Below, one piece after another: positions 31,097-40,250 of a DNA stretch of 43,934 nt. Source of the DNA: a virus. Lineage: Duplodnaviria; Heunggongvirae; Uroviricota; Caudoviricetes. The stretch lies in the IMG/VR virus record IMGVR_UViG_2541047848_000002. The stretch is one strand, 5' to 3'. The notes beneath the pieces are model-generated. The model did not search any database, was not told the DNA's origin, and was given only the letters and a program-made list of their open reading frames with translations. Position 1 is the first letter of the stretch; every line of letters starts with the position of its first letter. Made by a program: the position numbers and the translations under genes.

Positions 31097-33668
31097 ACCG
31101 GTAGGCGATCTGGTCGTTGATTTGAGTCTGGATGCGGCCAGATTTGACGAGCAGATGGCCAGAGTCAGGCGTCATTTTTCCGGTACGGAAAGTGATGCGA
31201 AAAAAACAGCGGCAGTCGTTGAACAGTCAATGAACCGGCAGGCGCTGGCTGCACAGAAAGCGGGGATTTCCGTCGGACAGTATAAAGCCGCCATGCGTAT
31301 GCTGCCTGCACAGTTCACCGACGTGGCCACGCAGCTTGCAGGCGGGCAAAGCCCGTGGCTGATCCTGCTGCAACAGGGGGGTCAGGTTAAGGACTCCTTC
31401 GGCGGGATGATCCCCATGTTCAGGGGGCTTGCCGGTGCGATCACCCTGCCGATGGTGGGGGCCACCTCGCTGGCGGTGGCGACCGGTGCGCTGGCGTATG
31501 CCTGGTATCAGGGCAACTCAACCCTGTCCGATTTCAACAAAACGCTGGTCCTTTCCGGCAATCAGGCGGGACTGACGGCAGATCGTATGCTGGTCCTGTC
31601 CAGAGCCGGGCAGGCGGCAGGGCTGACGTTTAACCAGACCAGCGAGTCACTGACGGCGCTGGTGAATGCCGGTGTGCGTGGTGGTGAGCAGTTTGAGGCG
31701 ATCAGCCAGAGTGTGGCGCGTTTCTCCTCTGCATCCGGCGTGGAGGTGGACAAGGTCGCTGAAGCCTTCGGGAAGCTGACCACAGACCCGACGTCGGGAC
31801 TGACAGCGATGGCACGTCAGTTCCATAACGTGACGGCGGAGCAGATTGCGTATGTTGCTCAGTTGCAGCGTTCCGGAGATGAAGCCGGGGCATTGCAGGC
31901 GGCGAACGAGGCCGCAACGAAAGGGTTTGATGACCAGACCCGCCGCCTGAAAGAGAACATGGGCACGCTGGAGACCTGGGCAGACAGGACAGCACGGGCA
32001 TTCAAATCCATGTGGGATTCGGTGCTGGATATTGGTCGCCCGGACACTGCCCAGGGAATGCTGGAGAAAGCAGAAAAGGCTTTTGATGAGGCGGACAAAA
32101 AATGGCAGTGGTATCAGAGCCGGAGCCACCGGCGCGGTAAAACCTCAGCATTTCTTGCCAATCTCCGGGGAGCATGGGAGGACAGAGCGAATGCGCAACT
32201 TGGACTTTCAGCCGCCACGTTGCAGGCCGATCTTGAAAAGGCCAGAGAGATGGCAGCAAAGGACTGGGCCGAGTCTGAGGCATCACGGCTGAAATATACC
32301 GAAGAGGCGCAGAAGGCTTACGAACGGCTGCAGACACCGCTGGAGAAATATACCGCCCGCCAGGAGGAACTGAATAAGGCACTGAAAGACGGGAAAATCC
32401 TGCAGGCAGATTACAACACGCTGATGGCGGCAGCGAAAAAGGGCTATGAAGCGACGCTGAAAAAGCCGAAACAGTCCGGCGTGAAGGTGTCTGCGGGCGA
32501 TCGTCAGGAAGACAGTGCTCATGCTGCCCTGCTGACGCTTCAGGCAGAACTCCGGACGCTGGAGAAGCATGCCGGAGCGAATGAGAAAATCAGCCAGCAG
32601 CGCCGGGATTTGTGGAAGGCGGAGAGTCAGTTCGCGGTACTGGAGGAGGCGGCGCAACGTCGCCAGCTGTCTGCACAGGAGAAATCCCTGCTGGCGCATA
32701 AAGATGAGACGCTGGAGTACAAACGCCAGCTGGCTGCACTTGGCGACAAGGTTACGTATCAGGAGCGCCTGAACGCGCTGGCGCAGCAGGCGGATAAATT
32801 CGCACAGCAGCAACGGGCAAAACGGGCCGCTATTGATGCGAAAAGCCGGGGGCTGACTGACCGGCAGGCAGAACGGGAAGCCACGGAACAGCGCCTGAAG
32901 GAACAGTATGGCGATAATCCTCTGGCGCTGAATAACGTCATGTCAGAGCAGAAAAAGACCTGGGCGGCTGAAGACCTGCTTCGCGGGAACTGGATGGCAG
33001 GCCTCAGGTCCGGCTGGAGCGAGTGGAAAGAGAGTGCCACGGACAGTATGTCGCAGGTTAAAAGTGCTGCCACGCAGACCTTTGATGGTATTGCGCAGAA
33101 TATGGCGGCGATGCTGACCGGCAGTGAACAGAACTGGCGCAGCTTCACCCGTTCCGTGCTGTCCATGATGACAGAAATTCTGCTTAAGCAGGCAATGGTG
33201 GGGATTGTCGGGAGTATCGGCAGCGCCATTGGCGGGGCTGTTGGTGGCGGCGCATCCGCGTCAGGCGGTACAGCCATTCAGGCCGCTGCGGCGAAATTCC
33301 ATTTTGCAACCGGAGGATTTACGGGAACCGGCGGCAAATATGAGCCAGCGGGGATTGTTCACCGTGGTGAGTTTGTCTTCACGAAGGAGGCAACCAGCCG
33401 GATTGGCGTGGGAAATCTCTACCGGCTGATGCGCGGCTATGCCACCGGCGGTTATGTCGGTGGCACCGGAAGTCCGGCGCAAATGCGGCGTTCAGAGGGT
33501 ATCAGGTTTGAGCAGAACAACAACGTGGTGATTCAGAACGACGGTACGAATGGTCTGCCAGGTCCACAGATGATGAAGGCGGTGTATGACATGGCCCGCA
33601 AGGGTGCCCGTGATGAAATCCAGGCACAGATGCGCGATGGTGGCCTGTTCTCCGGAGGTGGACGATGA
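31089..33668 (+). CDS. H: Tail tape measure protein H
   Basis: 859-aa ORF, Ala/Gln-rich coiled-coil, Gly-rich C-terminal segment; lambda gpH-like sequence and position. Confidence 0.95.
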   Translation: MAEPVGDLVVDLSLDAARFDEQMARVRRHFSGTESDAKKTAAVVEQSMNRQALAAQKAGISVGQYKAAMRMLPAQFTDVATQLAGGQSPWLILLQQGGQVKDSFGGMIPMFRGLAGAITLPMVGATSLAVATGALAYAWYQGNSTLSDFNKTLVLSGNQAGLTADRMLVLSRAGQAAGLTFNQTSESLTALVNAGVRGGEQFEAISQSVARFSSASGVEVDKVAEAFGKLTTDPTSGLTAMARQFHNVTAEQIAYVAQLQRSGDEAGALQAANEAATKGFDDQTRRLKENMGTLETWADRTARAFKSMWDSVLDIGRPDTAQGMLEKAEKAFDEADKKWQWYQSRSHRRGKTSAFLANLRGAWEDRANAQLGLSAATLQADLEKAREMAAKDWAESEASRLKYTEEAQKAYERLQTPLEKYTARQEELNKALKDGKILQADYNTLMAAAKKGYEATLKKPKQSGVKVSAGDRQEDSAHAALLTLQAELRTLEKHAGANEKISQQRRDLWKAESQFAVLEEAAQRRQLSAQEKSLLAHKDETLEYKRQLAALGDKVTYQERLNALAQQADKFAQQQRAKRAAIDAKSRGLTDRQAEREATEQRLKEQYGDNPLALNNVMSEQKKTWAAEDLLRGNWMAGLRSGWSEWKESATDSMSQVKSAATQTFDGIAQNMAAMLTGSEQNWRSFTRSVLSMMTEILLKQAMVGIVGSIGSAIGGAVGGGASASGGTAIQAAAAKFHFATGGFTGTGGKYEPAGIVHRGEFVFTKEATSRIGVGNLYRLMRGYATGGYVGGTGSPAQMRRSEGIRFEQNNNVVIQNDGTNGLPGPQMMKAVYDMARKGARDEIQAQMRDGGLFSGGGR

Positions 33669-33994
33669 AAACCTTCCGCTGGAAAGTGAAACCCGGTATG
33701 GATGTGGCTTCGGCCCCTTCTGTAAGAAAGGTGCGCTTTGGTGATGGCTATTCCCAGCGAGCGCCTGCCGGGCTGAATGCCAACCTGAAAACGTACAGCG
33801 TGACGCTTTCTGTCCCCCGTTGGGAGGCCACGGCGCTGGAGTCGTTTCTGGAAGAGCACGGGGGCTGGAAAGCCTTTCTGTGGACGCCGCCTTATGAGTG
33901 GCGGCAGATAAAGGTGACCTGCGCAAAATGGTCGTCGCGGGTCAGTATGCTGCGTGTTGAGTTCAGCGCAGAGTTTGAACAGGTGGTGAACTGA
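33665..33994 (+). CDS. M: Tail tip protein M
   Basis: 109-aa ORF overlapping H stop; lambda gpM by recall. Confidence 0.9.
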   Translation: MKTFRWKVKPGMDVASAPSVRKVRFGDGYSQRAPAGLNANLKTYSVTLSVPRWEATALESFLEEHGGWKAFLWTPPYEWRQIKVTCAKWSSRVSMLRVEFSAEFEQVVN

Positions 33995-34692
33995 TGCAGG
34001 ATATCCGGCAGGAAACACTGAATGAATGCACCCGTGCGGAGCAGTCGGCCAGCGTGGTGCTCTGGGAAATCGACCTGACAGAGGTCGGTGGAGAACGTTA
34101 TTTTTTCTGTAATGAGCAGAACGAAAAAGGTGAGCCGGTCACCTGGCAGGTGCGACAGTATCAGCCGTATCCCATTCAGGGGAGCGGTTTTGAACTGAAT
34201 GGCAAAGGCACCAGTACGCGCCCCACGCTGACGGTTTCTAACCTGTACGGTATGGTCACCGGGATGGCGGAAGATCTGCAGAGTCTGGTCGGCGGAACGG
34301 TGGTCCGGCGTAAGGTTTACGCCCGTTTTCTGGATGCGGTGAACTTCGTCAACGGAAACAGTGACGCCGATCCGGAGCAGGAGGTGATCAGCCGCTGGCG
34401 CATCGAGCAGTGCAGCGAACTGAGCGCGGTGAGTGCCTCCTTTGTACTGTCCACGCCGACGGAAACGGATGGCGCTGTTTTTCCGGGACGTATCATGCTG
34501 GCCAACACCTGCACCTGGACCTATCGCGGTGATGAGTGCGGTTATCACGGTCCGGCAGTCGCGGATGAATATGACCAGCCGACGTCCGATATCACGAAGG
34601 ATAAATGCAGCAAATGCCTGAGCGGCTGTAAGTTTCGCAATAACGTCGGCAACTTTGGCGGCTTCCTTTCCATTAACAAACTTTCGCAGTAA
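33994..34692 (+). CDS. L: Tail tip protein L
   Basis: 232-aa ORF; lambda gpL by recall; start overlaps M stop (TGATG). Confidence 0.9.
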   Translation: MQDIRQETLNECTRAEQSASVVLWEIDLTEVGGERYFFCNEQNEKGEPVTWQVRQYQPYPIQGSGFELNGKGTSTRPTLTVSNLYGMVTGMAEDLQSLVGGTVVRRKVYARFLDAVNFVNGNSDADPEQEVISRWRIEQCSELSAVSASFVLSTPTETDGAVFPGRIMLANTCTWTYRGDECGYHGPAVADEYDQPTSDITKDKCSKCLSGCKFRNNVGNFGGFLSINKLSQ

Positions 34693-34696
34693 TCCC

Positions 34697-35440
34697 ATGA
34701 CAGAGACAGAATCAGCGATTCTGGCGCACGCCCGGCGATGTGCGCCAGCGGAGTCGTGCGGCTTCGTGGTGAGAGCGCCGGAGGGGGAAAGATATTTTCC
34801 CTGCGTGAATATTTCCGGTGAGCCGGAGGATTATTTCCGGATGGCTCCGGAGGACTGGCTGCAGGCAGAGATGCAGGGTGAGATTGTGGCACTGGTCCAC
34901 AGCCATCCCGGTGGTCTGCCCTGGCTGAGTGAGGCTGACCGGCGGCTGCAGGTGCAGAGTGATTTGCCGTGGTGGCTGGTCTGCCGGGGGGCGATTCACA
35001 AGTTCCGCTGTGTGCCGCATCTCACCGGGCGGCGCTTTGAGCACGGGGTGACGGACTGTTACACGCTGTTCCGGGATGCTTATCATCTGGCGGGGATTGA
35101 GATGCCGAATTTTCATCGCGGGGATGACTGGTGGCGTCACGGTCAGAATCTCTATCTGGATAATCTGGAGGCCACAGGGCTGTATCAGGTGCCGTTGTCA
35201 TCAGCACAACCGGGCGATGTGCTGCTGTGCTGTTTTGGTTCATCGGTGCCGAATCATGCCGCCATTTACTGTGGTGACGGCGAGCTGCTGCACCATATTC
35301 CTGAACAACTGAGCAAACGAGAGAGGTATACCGACAAATGGCAGCGACGCACACACTCCCTCTGGCGTCACCGGGCATGGCGCGCATCTGCCTTTACGGG
35401 GATTTACAACGATTTGGCCGCCGCATCGACCTTCGTGTGA
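34697..35440 (+). CDS. K: Tail tip assembly protein K (NlpC/P60 / JAB-like peptidase fold)
   Basis: ORF 34655..35440; probable ATG at 34697 (MTETESAILAHARRCAPAESCGFVV...); HSHP motif; 3' end overlaps I. Confidence 0.85.
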   Translation: MTETESAILAHARRCAPAESCGFVVRAPEGERYFPCVNISGEPEDYFRMAPEDWLQAEMQGEIVALVHSHPGGLPWLSEADRRLQVQSDLPWWLVCRGAIHKFRCVPHLTGRRFEHGVTDCYTLFRDAYHLAGIEMPNFHRGDDWWRHGQNLYLDNLEATGLYQVPLSSAQPGDVLLCCFGSSVPNHAAIYCGDGELLHHIPEQLSKRERYTDKWQRRTHSLWRHRAWRASAFTGIYNDLAAASTFV

Positions 35441-35979
35441 AAACGGGGGCTGAAGCTATCCGGGCGCTGGCCACACAGCTCCCGGCGTTTCGTCAGAAAC
35501 TGAGCGACGGCTGGTATCAGGTACGGATTGCCGGGCGTGATACAGGTGAAACGGAATTATCAGCCCGTCTTAATGAACCGCTGGCAAATGGTGCTGTGAT
35601 CCATATCGTGCCGCGTCTGGCAGGAGCCAAAAGTGGCGGTGTGTTTCAGGCTGTGCTGGGGGCGGCTGTTATGGCGGTTGCTATATGGATGCCGGGGGTA
35701 GGAATTATGGCGAGTAATCTGCTGTTTTCTCTCGGTGCCAGTATGACGCTTGGCGGTGTTGCACAGATGCTGGCCCCTAAACCCAAAACCCCCCGCACAC
35801 AGACAACGGATAACGGCAAACAGAACACCTATTTTTCTTCACTGGATAATATGGTTGCCCAGGGCAATGTTCTGCCCGTTCTGTACGGTGAAATGCGCGT
35901 GGGATCACGTGTGGTATCTCAGGAGATCAGCACAGCAGATGAAGGTGATGGTGGTCAGGTTGTGGTGATTGGTCGCTGA
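35338..35979 (+). CDS. I: Tail tip assembly protein I
   Basis: 213-aa ORF (MAATHTLPLASPGMARICLYGDLQRFGRRIDL...) matching lambda gpI by recall; internal segment shorter than recalled for lambda. Confidence 0.9.
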   Translation: MAATHTLPLASPGMARICLYGDLQRFGRRIDLRVKTGAEAIRALATQLPAFRQKLSDGWYQVRIAGRDTGETELSARLNEPLANGAVIHIVPRLAGAKSGGVFQAVLGAAVMAVAIWMPGVGIMASNLLFSLGASMTLGGVAQMLAPKPKTPRTQTTDNGKQNTYFSSLDNMVAQGNVLPVLYGEMRVGSRVVSQEISTADEGDGGQVVVIGR

Positions 35980-36039
35980 TGAAAAACGTTTTATGTGAAA
36001 CCGCCTCCGGGCGGTTTTATCGTTTATGGAGCATGACGA

Positions 36040-39000
36040 ATGGGTAAAGGCAGCAGTAAGGGGCATACCCCGCGCGAAGCGAAGGACAACCTGAAATCCA
36101 CGCAGCTGTTGAGTGCGATTGATGCCATCAGCGAAGGGCCGATTGAAGGTCCGGTGGATGGATTAAAAAGCGTGCTGCTGAACAGTACGCCGGTGCTGGA
36201 CAGTGAGGGGAATACCAATATCTCCGGCGTCACGGTGGTGTTCCGGGCAGGTGAGCAGGAGCAGTCACCGCCGGAGGGATTTGAATCCTCCGGTTCCGAG
36301 ACGGTGCTGGGTACGGAAGTGAAATATGAAACGCCGATCACCCGGACCATCACGTCGGCAAACATCGACCGTCTGCGCTTTACCTTCGGTGTACAGGCAC
36401 TGGTGGAAACCACCTCAAAGGGAGACAGGAATCCGTCGGAAGTCCGCCTGCTGGTTCAGATACAGCGTAACGGTGGCTGGGTGACGGAAAAAGACATCAC
36501 CATTAAGGGCAAAACCACCTCGCAGTATCTGGCCTCGGTGGTGGTGGATAACCTGCCGCCGCGCCCGTTCAATATCCGGATGCGCAGGATGACGCCGGAC
36601 AGCACCACAGACCAGCTGCAGAACAAAACGCTCTGGTCGTCATACACCGAAATCATCGATGTGAAACAGTGCTACCCGAACACGGCACTGGTCGGCGTAC
36701 AGGTGGACTCGGAGCAGTTCGGCAGCCAGCAGGTGAGCCGTAATTATCATCTTCGCGGGCGCATTCTGCAGGTGCCGTCGAACTATAACCCGCAGACGCG
36801 ACAATACAGCGGTATCTGGGACGGAACGTTAAAACCAGCATACAGCAACAACATGGCCTGGTGTCTGTGGGATATGCTGACCCACCCGCGCTACGGCATG
36901 GGGAAACGTCTTGGTGCGGCGGATGTGGACAAATGGGCGCTGTATGTCATCGGCCAGTACTGCGACCAGTCAGTGCCGGACGGCTTTGGCGGCACGGAGC
37001 CGCGCATCACCTGTAATGCGTACCTGACCACACAGCGCAAGGCGTGGGATGTGCTCAGTGATTTCTGCTCGGCGATGCGCTGTATGCCGGTATGGAACGG
37101 GCAGACGCTGACGTTCGTGCAGGACCGACAGTCGGATAAGGTGTGGACCTATAACCGCAGTAATGTGGTGATGCCGGATGATGGCGCGCCGTTCCGCTAC
37201 AGCTTCAGCGCCCTGAAGGACCGCCATAATGCCGTTGAGGTGAACTGGATTGACCCGAACAACGGCTGGGAGACGGCGACAGAGCTTGTTGAAGATACGC
37301 AGGCCATTGCCCGTTACGGTCGTAATGTCACGAAGATGGATGCCTTTGGTTGTACCAGCCGGGGGCAGGCACACCGCGCCGGGCTGTGGCTGATTAAAAC
37401 GGAACTGCTGGAAACGCAGACCGTGGATTTCAGCGTGGGCGCAGAAGGGCTTCGCCATGTGCCGGGCGATGTTATTGAAATCTGCGATGATGACTATGCC
37501 GGTATCAGCACCGGTGGTCGCGTGCTGGCGGTGAACAGCCAGACCCGGACGCTGACGCTCGACCGTGAAATCACGCTGCCATCCTCCGGTACCACGCTGA
37601 TAAGCCTGGTTGACGGAAGTGGCAATCCGGTCAGCGTGGAGGTTCAGTCCGTCACCGACGGCGTGAAGGTAAAAGTGAGCCGTGTTCCTGACGGTGTTGC
37701 TGAATACAGCGTATGGGGGCTGAAGCTGCCGACGCTGCGCCAGCGACTGTTCCGCTGCGTGAGTATCCGTGAGAACGACGACGGCACGTATGCCATCACC
37801 GCCGTGCAGCATGTGCCGGAAAAAGAGGCCATCGTGGATAACGGGGCGCACTTTGACGGCGAACAGAGTGGCACGGTGAATGGTGTCACGCCGCCAGCGG
37901 TGCAGCACCTGACCGCAGAAGTCACTGCAGACAGCGGGGAATATCAGGTGCTGGCGCGATGGGACACACCGAAGGTGGTGAAGGGCGTGAGCTTCCTGCT
38001 TCGCCTGACCGTGGCAGCGGATGACGGCAGTGAGCGGCTGGTCAGCACGGCCCGGACGACGGAAACCACATACCGCTTCACGCAACTGGCGCCAGGGAAC
38101 TACAGGCTGACAGTCCGGGCGGCAAATGCCTGGGGGCAGCAGGGCGATCCGGCATCGGTATCGTTCCGTATTGCCGCACCGGCAGCGCCGTCGCGGATTG
38201 AGCTGACGCCGGGCTATTTTCAGATAACCGCCACGCCCCATCTTGCCGTTTATGATCCGACGGTACAGTTTGAGTTCTGGTTCTCGGAAAAGCGGATTGC
38301 GGATATCAGGCAGGTTGAAACCACAGCCCGCTATCTTGGCACGGCGCTGTACTGGATAGCTGCCAGTATCAATATCAAACCGGGCCATGATTATTATTTT
38401 TACATCCGCAGTGTGAACACCGTTGGCAAATCGGCATTTGTGGAGGCTGTTGGCCAGCCGAGTGATGATGCATCCGGCTATCTGGATTTTTTCAAAGGCG
38501 AGATAGGGAAAAGCCATCTGGCTCAGGAGCTGTGGACGCAGATTGATAACGGTCAGCTTGCGCCTGACCTGGCTGAAATCAGGACGTCCATTACGGATGT
38601 CAGCAATGAAATCACGCAGACCGTCAATAAGAAACTGGAAGACCAGAGTGCGGCAATTCAGCAGATACAGAAGGTTCAGGTTGATACAAATAATAACCTG
38701 AACAGCATGTGGGCTGTGAAGCTGCAGCAGATGCAGGACGGACGCCTTTATATCGCGGGTATTGGTGCCGGTATTGAGAACACCCCTGACGGCATGCAGA
38801 GTCAGGTGCTGCTGGCGGCGGACAGGATTGCGATGGTTAATCCTGCGAATGGCAACACAAAGCCGATGTTTGTTGGTCAGGGCGATCAGATATTCATGAA
38901 CGAAGTGTTCCTGAAATATCTGACGGCTCCCACCATTACCAGCGGCGGTAATCCTCCGGCATTTTCCCTGACACCGGACGGGCGGCTGACGGCGAAAAAT

Positions 39001-39519
39001 GCCGATATCAGCGGTAGCGTGAATGCGAACTCCGGGACGCTCAACAACGTCACGATTAACGAGAACTGTCGGGTTCTGGGAAAACTGTCCGCGAACCAGA
39101 TTGAAGGCGATCTCGTTAAAACAGTGGGCAAAGCTTTCCCCCGGGACTCCCGTGCACCGGAGCGGTGGCCATCAGGGACCATTACCGTCAGGGTTTATGA
39201 CGATCAGCCGTTTGACCGGCAAATTGTTATTCCAGCGGTGGCTTTCAGCGGTGCCAGACATGAACGGGAGAATAGCGATACTTATTCGTCATGCCGCCTG
39301 ATAGTGAAGAAAAACGGGGCTGAAATTTATAACCGAACGGCTCTGGATAATACTCTGATTTACACGGGTGTTATTGATATGCCTGCAGGCAGTGGCGTAA
39401 TGACACTGGAGTTTTCTGTATCAGCATGGTGGGTAAATGGCTGGTATCCCACAGCAAGTATCAGCGATTTGCTGGTTGTTGTGATGAAGAAAGCCACTGC
39501 AGGCATCACGATTAGCTGA
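36040..39519 (+). CDS. J: Central tail fibre / host-specificity protein J
   Basis: 1159-aa ORF; N-terminal roughly 800 aa match lambda gpJ by recall; C-terminal receptor-binding region diverges from lambda. Confidence 0.95.
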   Translation: MGKGSSKGHTPREAKDNLKSTQLLSAIDAISEGPIEGPVDGLKSVLLNSTPVLDSEGNTNISGVTVVFRAGEQEQSPPEGFESSGSETVLGTEVKYETPITRTITSANIDRLRFTFGVQALVETTSKGDRNPSEVRLLVQIQRNGGWVTEKDITIKGKTTSQYLASVVVDNLPPRPFNIRMRRMTPDSTTDQLQNKTLWSSYTEIIDVKQCYPNTALVGVQVDSEQFGSQQVSRNYHLRGRILQVPSNYNPQTRQYSGIWDGTLKPAYSNNMAWCLWDMLTHPRYGMGKRLGAADVDKWALYVIGQYCDQSVPDGFGGTEPRITCNAYLTTQRKAWDVLSDFCSAMRCMPVWNGQTLTFVQDRQSDKVWTYNRSNVVMPDDGAPFRYSFSALKDRHNAVEVNWIDPNNGWETATELVEDTQAIARYGRNVTKMDAFGCTSRGQAHRAGLWLIKTELLETQTVDFSVGAEGLRHVPGDVIEICDDDYAGISTGGRVLAVNSQTRTLTLDREITLPSSGTTLISLVDGSGNPVSVEVQSVTDGVKVKVSRVPDGVAEYSVWGLKLPTLRQRLFRCVSIRENDDGTYAITAVQHVPEKEAIVDNGAHFDGEQSGTVNGVTPPAVQHLTAEVTADSGEYQVLARWDTPKVVKGVSFLLRLTVAADDGSERLVSTARTTETTYRFTQLAPGNYRLTVRAANAWGQQGDPASVSFRIAAPAAPSRIELTPGYFQITATPHLAVYDPTVQFEFWFSEKRIADIRQVETTARYLGTALYWIAASINIKPGHDYYFYIRSVNTVGKSAFVEAVGQPSDDASGYLDFFKGEIGKSHLAQELWTQIDNGQLAPDLAEIRTSITDVSNEITQTVNKKLEDQSAAIQQIQKVQVDTNNNLNSMWAVKLQQMQDGRLYIAGIGAGIENTPDGMQSQVLLAADRIAMVNPANGNTKPMFVGQGDQIFMNEVFLKYLTAPTITSGGNPPAFSLTPDGRLTAKNADISGSVNANSGTLNNVTINENCRVLGKLSANQIEGDLVKTVGKAFPRDSRAPERWPSGTITVRVYDDQPFDRQIVIPAVAFSGARHERENSDTYSSCRLIVKKNGAEIYNRTALDNTLIYTGVIDMPAGSGVMTLEFSVSAWWVNGWYPTASISDLLVVVMKKATAGITIS

Positions 39520-39538
39520 ATTTTATAACCCAGATACG

Positions 39539-39563
39539 GGCGCCAGAAATGGCGCCTTTTTTA
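39539..39563 (+). terminator. Rho-independent terminator after J
   Basis: Stem GGCGCC/GGCGCC (39539-39544 / 39551-39556), loop AGAAAT, followed by TTTTTTA. Confidence 0.6.
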
Positions 39564-39586
39564 TTGCAGAAAAGCGAGAGGTAATT

Positions 39587-40186
39587 ATGCGTAAATTATG
39601 TGCTGTTATTCTGTCCACAGTAGTCTGGCTGGTCGCCGCTGGTACGCCAGCGAGCGCAGCAGAGCATCAGTCCACACTAAGCGCCGGGTATCTTCAGACC
39701 CATACTGATATGCCCGGCAACGATGACCTGAAGGGCATTAACGTGAAATACCGTTATGAATTTACGGACACGCTGGGGCTGGTGACGTCATTCAGTTATG
39801 CCAATGCCAAAGATGAGCAAAAAACGCATTACAGCGATACCCGCTGGCATGAAGATTCAGTGCGTAACCGCTGGTTCAGCATGATGGCGGGGCCGTCTGT
39901 ACGCGTGAATGAATGGTTCAGTGCTTATGCGATGGCAGGTGTGGCTTACAGCCGTGTTTCGACTTTTTCCGGGGATTATCTCCGCGTAACTGACAGCAAG
40001 GGGAAAACGCACGATGTGCTGACCGGAAGTGATGACGGTCGCCACAGCAACACGTCTCTGGCGTGGGGGGCTGGCGTGCAGTTTAACCCGACCGAATCCG
40101 TGGCCATTGATATTGCTTATGAAGGCTCCGGCAGTGGTGACTGGCGCACTGACGGTTTCATCGTGGGTGTCGGTTATAAATTCTGA
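39587..40186 (+). CDS. lom: Outer-membrane protein Lom (Ail/Lom family)
   Basis: 199-aa ORF with signal peptide (MRKLCAVILSTVVWLVAAGTPASA) and beta-barrel-type C-terminus (...GVGYKF); lambda lom position. Confidence 0.9.
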   Translation: MRKLCAVILSTVVWLVAAGTPASAAEHQSTLSAGYLQTHTDMPGNDDLKGINVKYRYEFTDTLGLVTSFSYANAKDEQKTHYSDTRWHEDSVRNRWFSMMAGPSVRVNEWFSAYAMAGVAYSRVSTFSGDYLRVTDSKGKTHDVLTGSDDGRHSNTSLAWGAGVQFNPTESVAIDIAYEGSGSGDWRTDGFIVGVGYKF

Positions 40187-40212
40187 TTAGCCAGGTAACA
40201 CAGTGTTATGAC

Positions 40213-40239
40213 AGCCCGCCGGTTCAGGCGGGCTTTTTT
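40213..40239 (+). terminator. Rho-independent terminator after lom
   Basis: Stem AGCCCGCC/GGCGGGCT (40213-40220 / 40227-40234), loop GGTTCA, then TTTTTT. Confidence 0.6.
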
Positions 40240-40250
40240 GTGGAGTGGAT

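Noticed and set aside
36970-38517. 515-aa ORF on the minus strand inside J, and many similar 60-180-aa antisense or off-frame ORFs throughout the structural region (for example 21309-21668, 25142-25633, 26808-27359, 31647-32129, 32283-32813, 33892-34698)
   Set aside because: They lie antisense or out of frame to long ORFs with clear lambda-like translations; such open antisense frames are expected by chance in roughly 55-60% GC sequence and have no start or SD context.
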